Shown here in pieces: positions 63,872 through 64,000 of a DNA stretch of 64,000 bases (position 1 is the stretch's first letter; every line of letters starts with the position of its first letter). The notes beneath the pieces are model-generated. The model was not told where the DNA came from. It ran no database searches and worked only from the letters and a program-made list of their open reading frames with translations. The position numbers were made by a program, and so were the translations under genes. The DNA comes from Mobula hypostoma (lineage: Eukaryota), in the NCBI RefSeq assembly GCF_963921235.1, contig NC_086109.1:8310001-8374000 (forward strand), read 5' to 3'.

Positions 63872-64000
63872 CTGGTTACTATGAATATCAGTCGATCCAC
63901 TCTTCCTGCTTCCGTAATTAGAACGCAAGGTTTTTATAAACCACCATGGCAGTCCGGCAGCATCCCACAGATCAGAAACGTTATCTGCTTTTAATTTTTT
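63872..64000 (-). CDS. MDM4: MDM4 exon (partial, runs off the window) with the WW/WWW autoinhibitory element: KKLKADNVSDLWDAAGLPWWFIKTLRSNYGSRKSGSTDIHSNQ
   Basis: Donor CAG|gtgaac; WD.AGLPWWF..LRSNY..GSTD..NQ matches MDM4. The ORF track misses it. Confidence 0.94.

Noticed and set aside
56715..64000. MDM2 instead of MDM4
   Set aside because: LPWWF, TAIVSD.TDDLWFLNE, RRSISEP, GNIIH and the VIK.FI tail are MDM4 features.

Overview
Vertebrate genomic DNA. The repeat landscape (V-SINE/HE1-like SINEs, CR1, Rex1/Babar, Penelope-like elements, Tc1) suggests a cartilaginous fish, probably a ray; this is inference. Two convergent genes are present. On the + strand is the 3' part of a plasma-membrane Ca2+-ATPase, ATP2B4/PMCA4: exons at 2111-2324, 4283-4494, 6092-6199 and 11027-11209, a 172-nt splice-site-C cassette exon at 12192-12363, a terminal exon at 22316-22630 ending ETSV, and a possibly ~10.7-kb 3'UTR. 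On the - strand is the 3' part of MDM4/MDMX: exons at >64000-63872, 60867-60700, 59767-59663 and 57281-56715. The rest is dense transposon debris: three near-full-length dead Tc1 elements, a Tc1 deletion derivative, a 5'-truncated L1, CR1 and Rex fragments, SINEs and probable solo LTRs. Three signals stand out. (1) An abundant family of short fold-back Penelope-derived insertions has 12-15-bp TSDs and carries minimal hammerhead-ribozyme motifs. (2) An upstream acceptor 128 nt before the last PMCA4 exon would restore the frame after the 172-nt exon, giving a hypothetical isoform with both the 'a' insert and the PDZ tail. (3) MDM4 has a candidate poison exon with strong splice sites. All calls come from reading the sequence; no searches were run.
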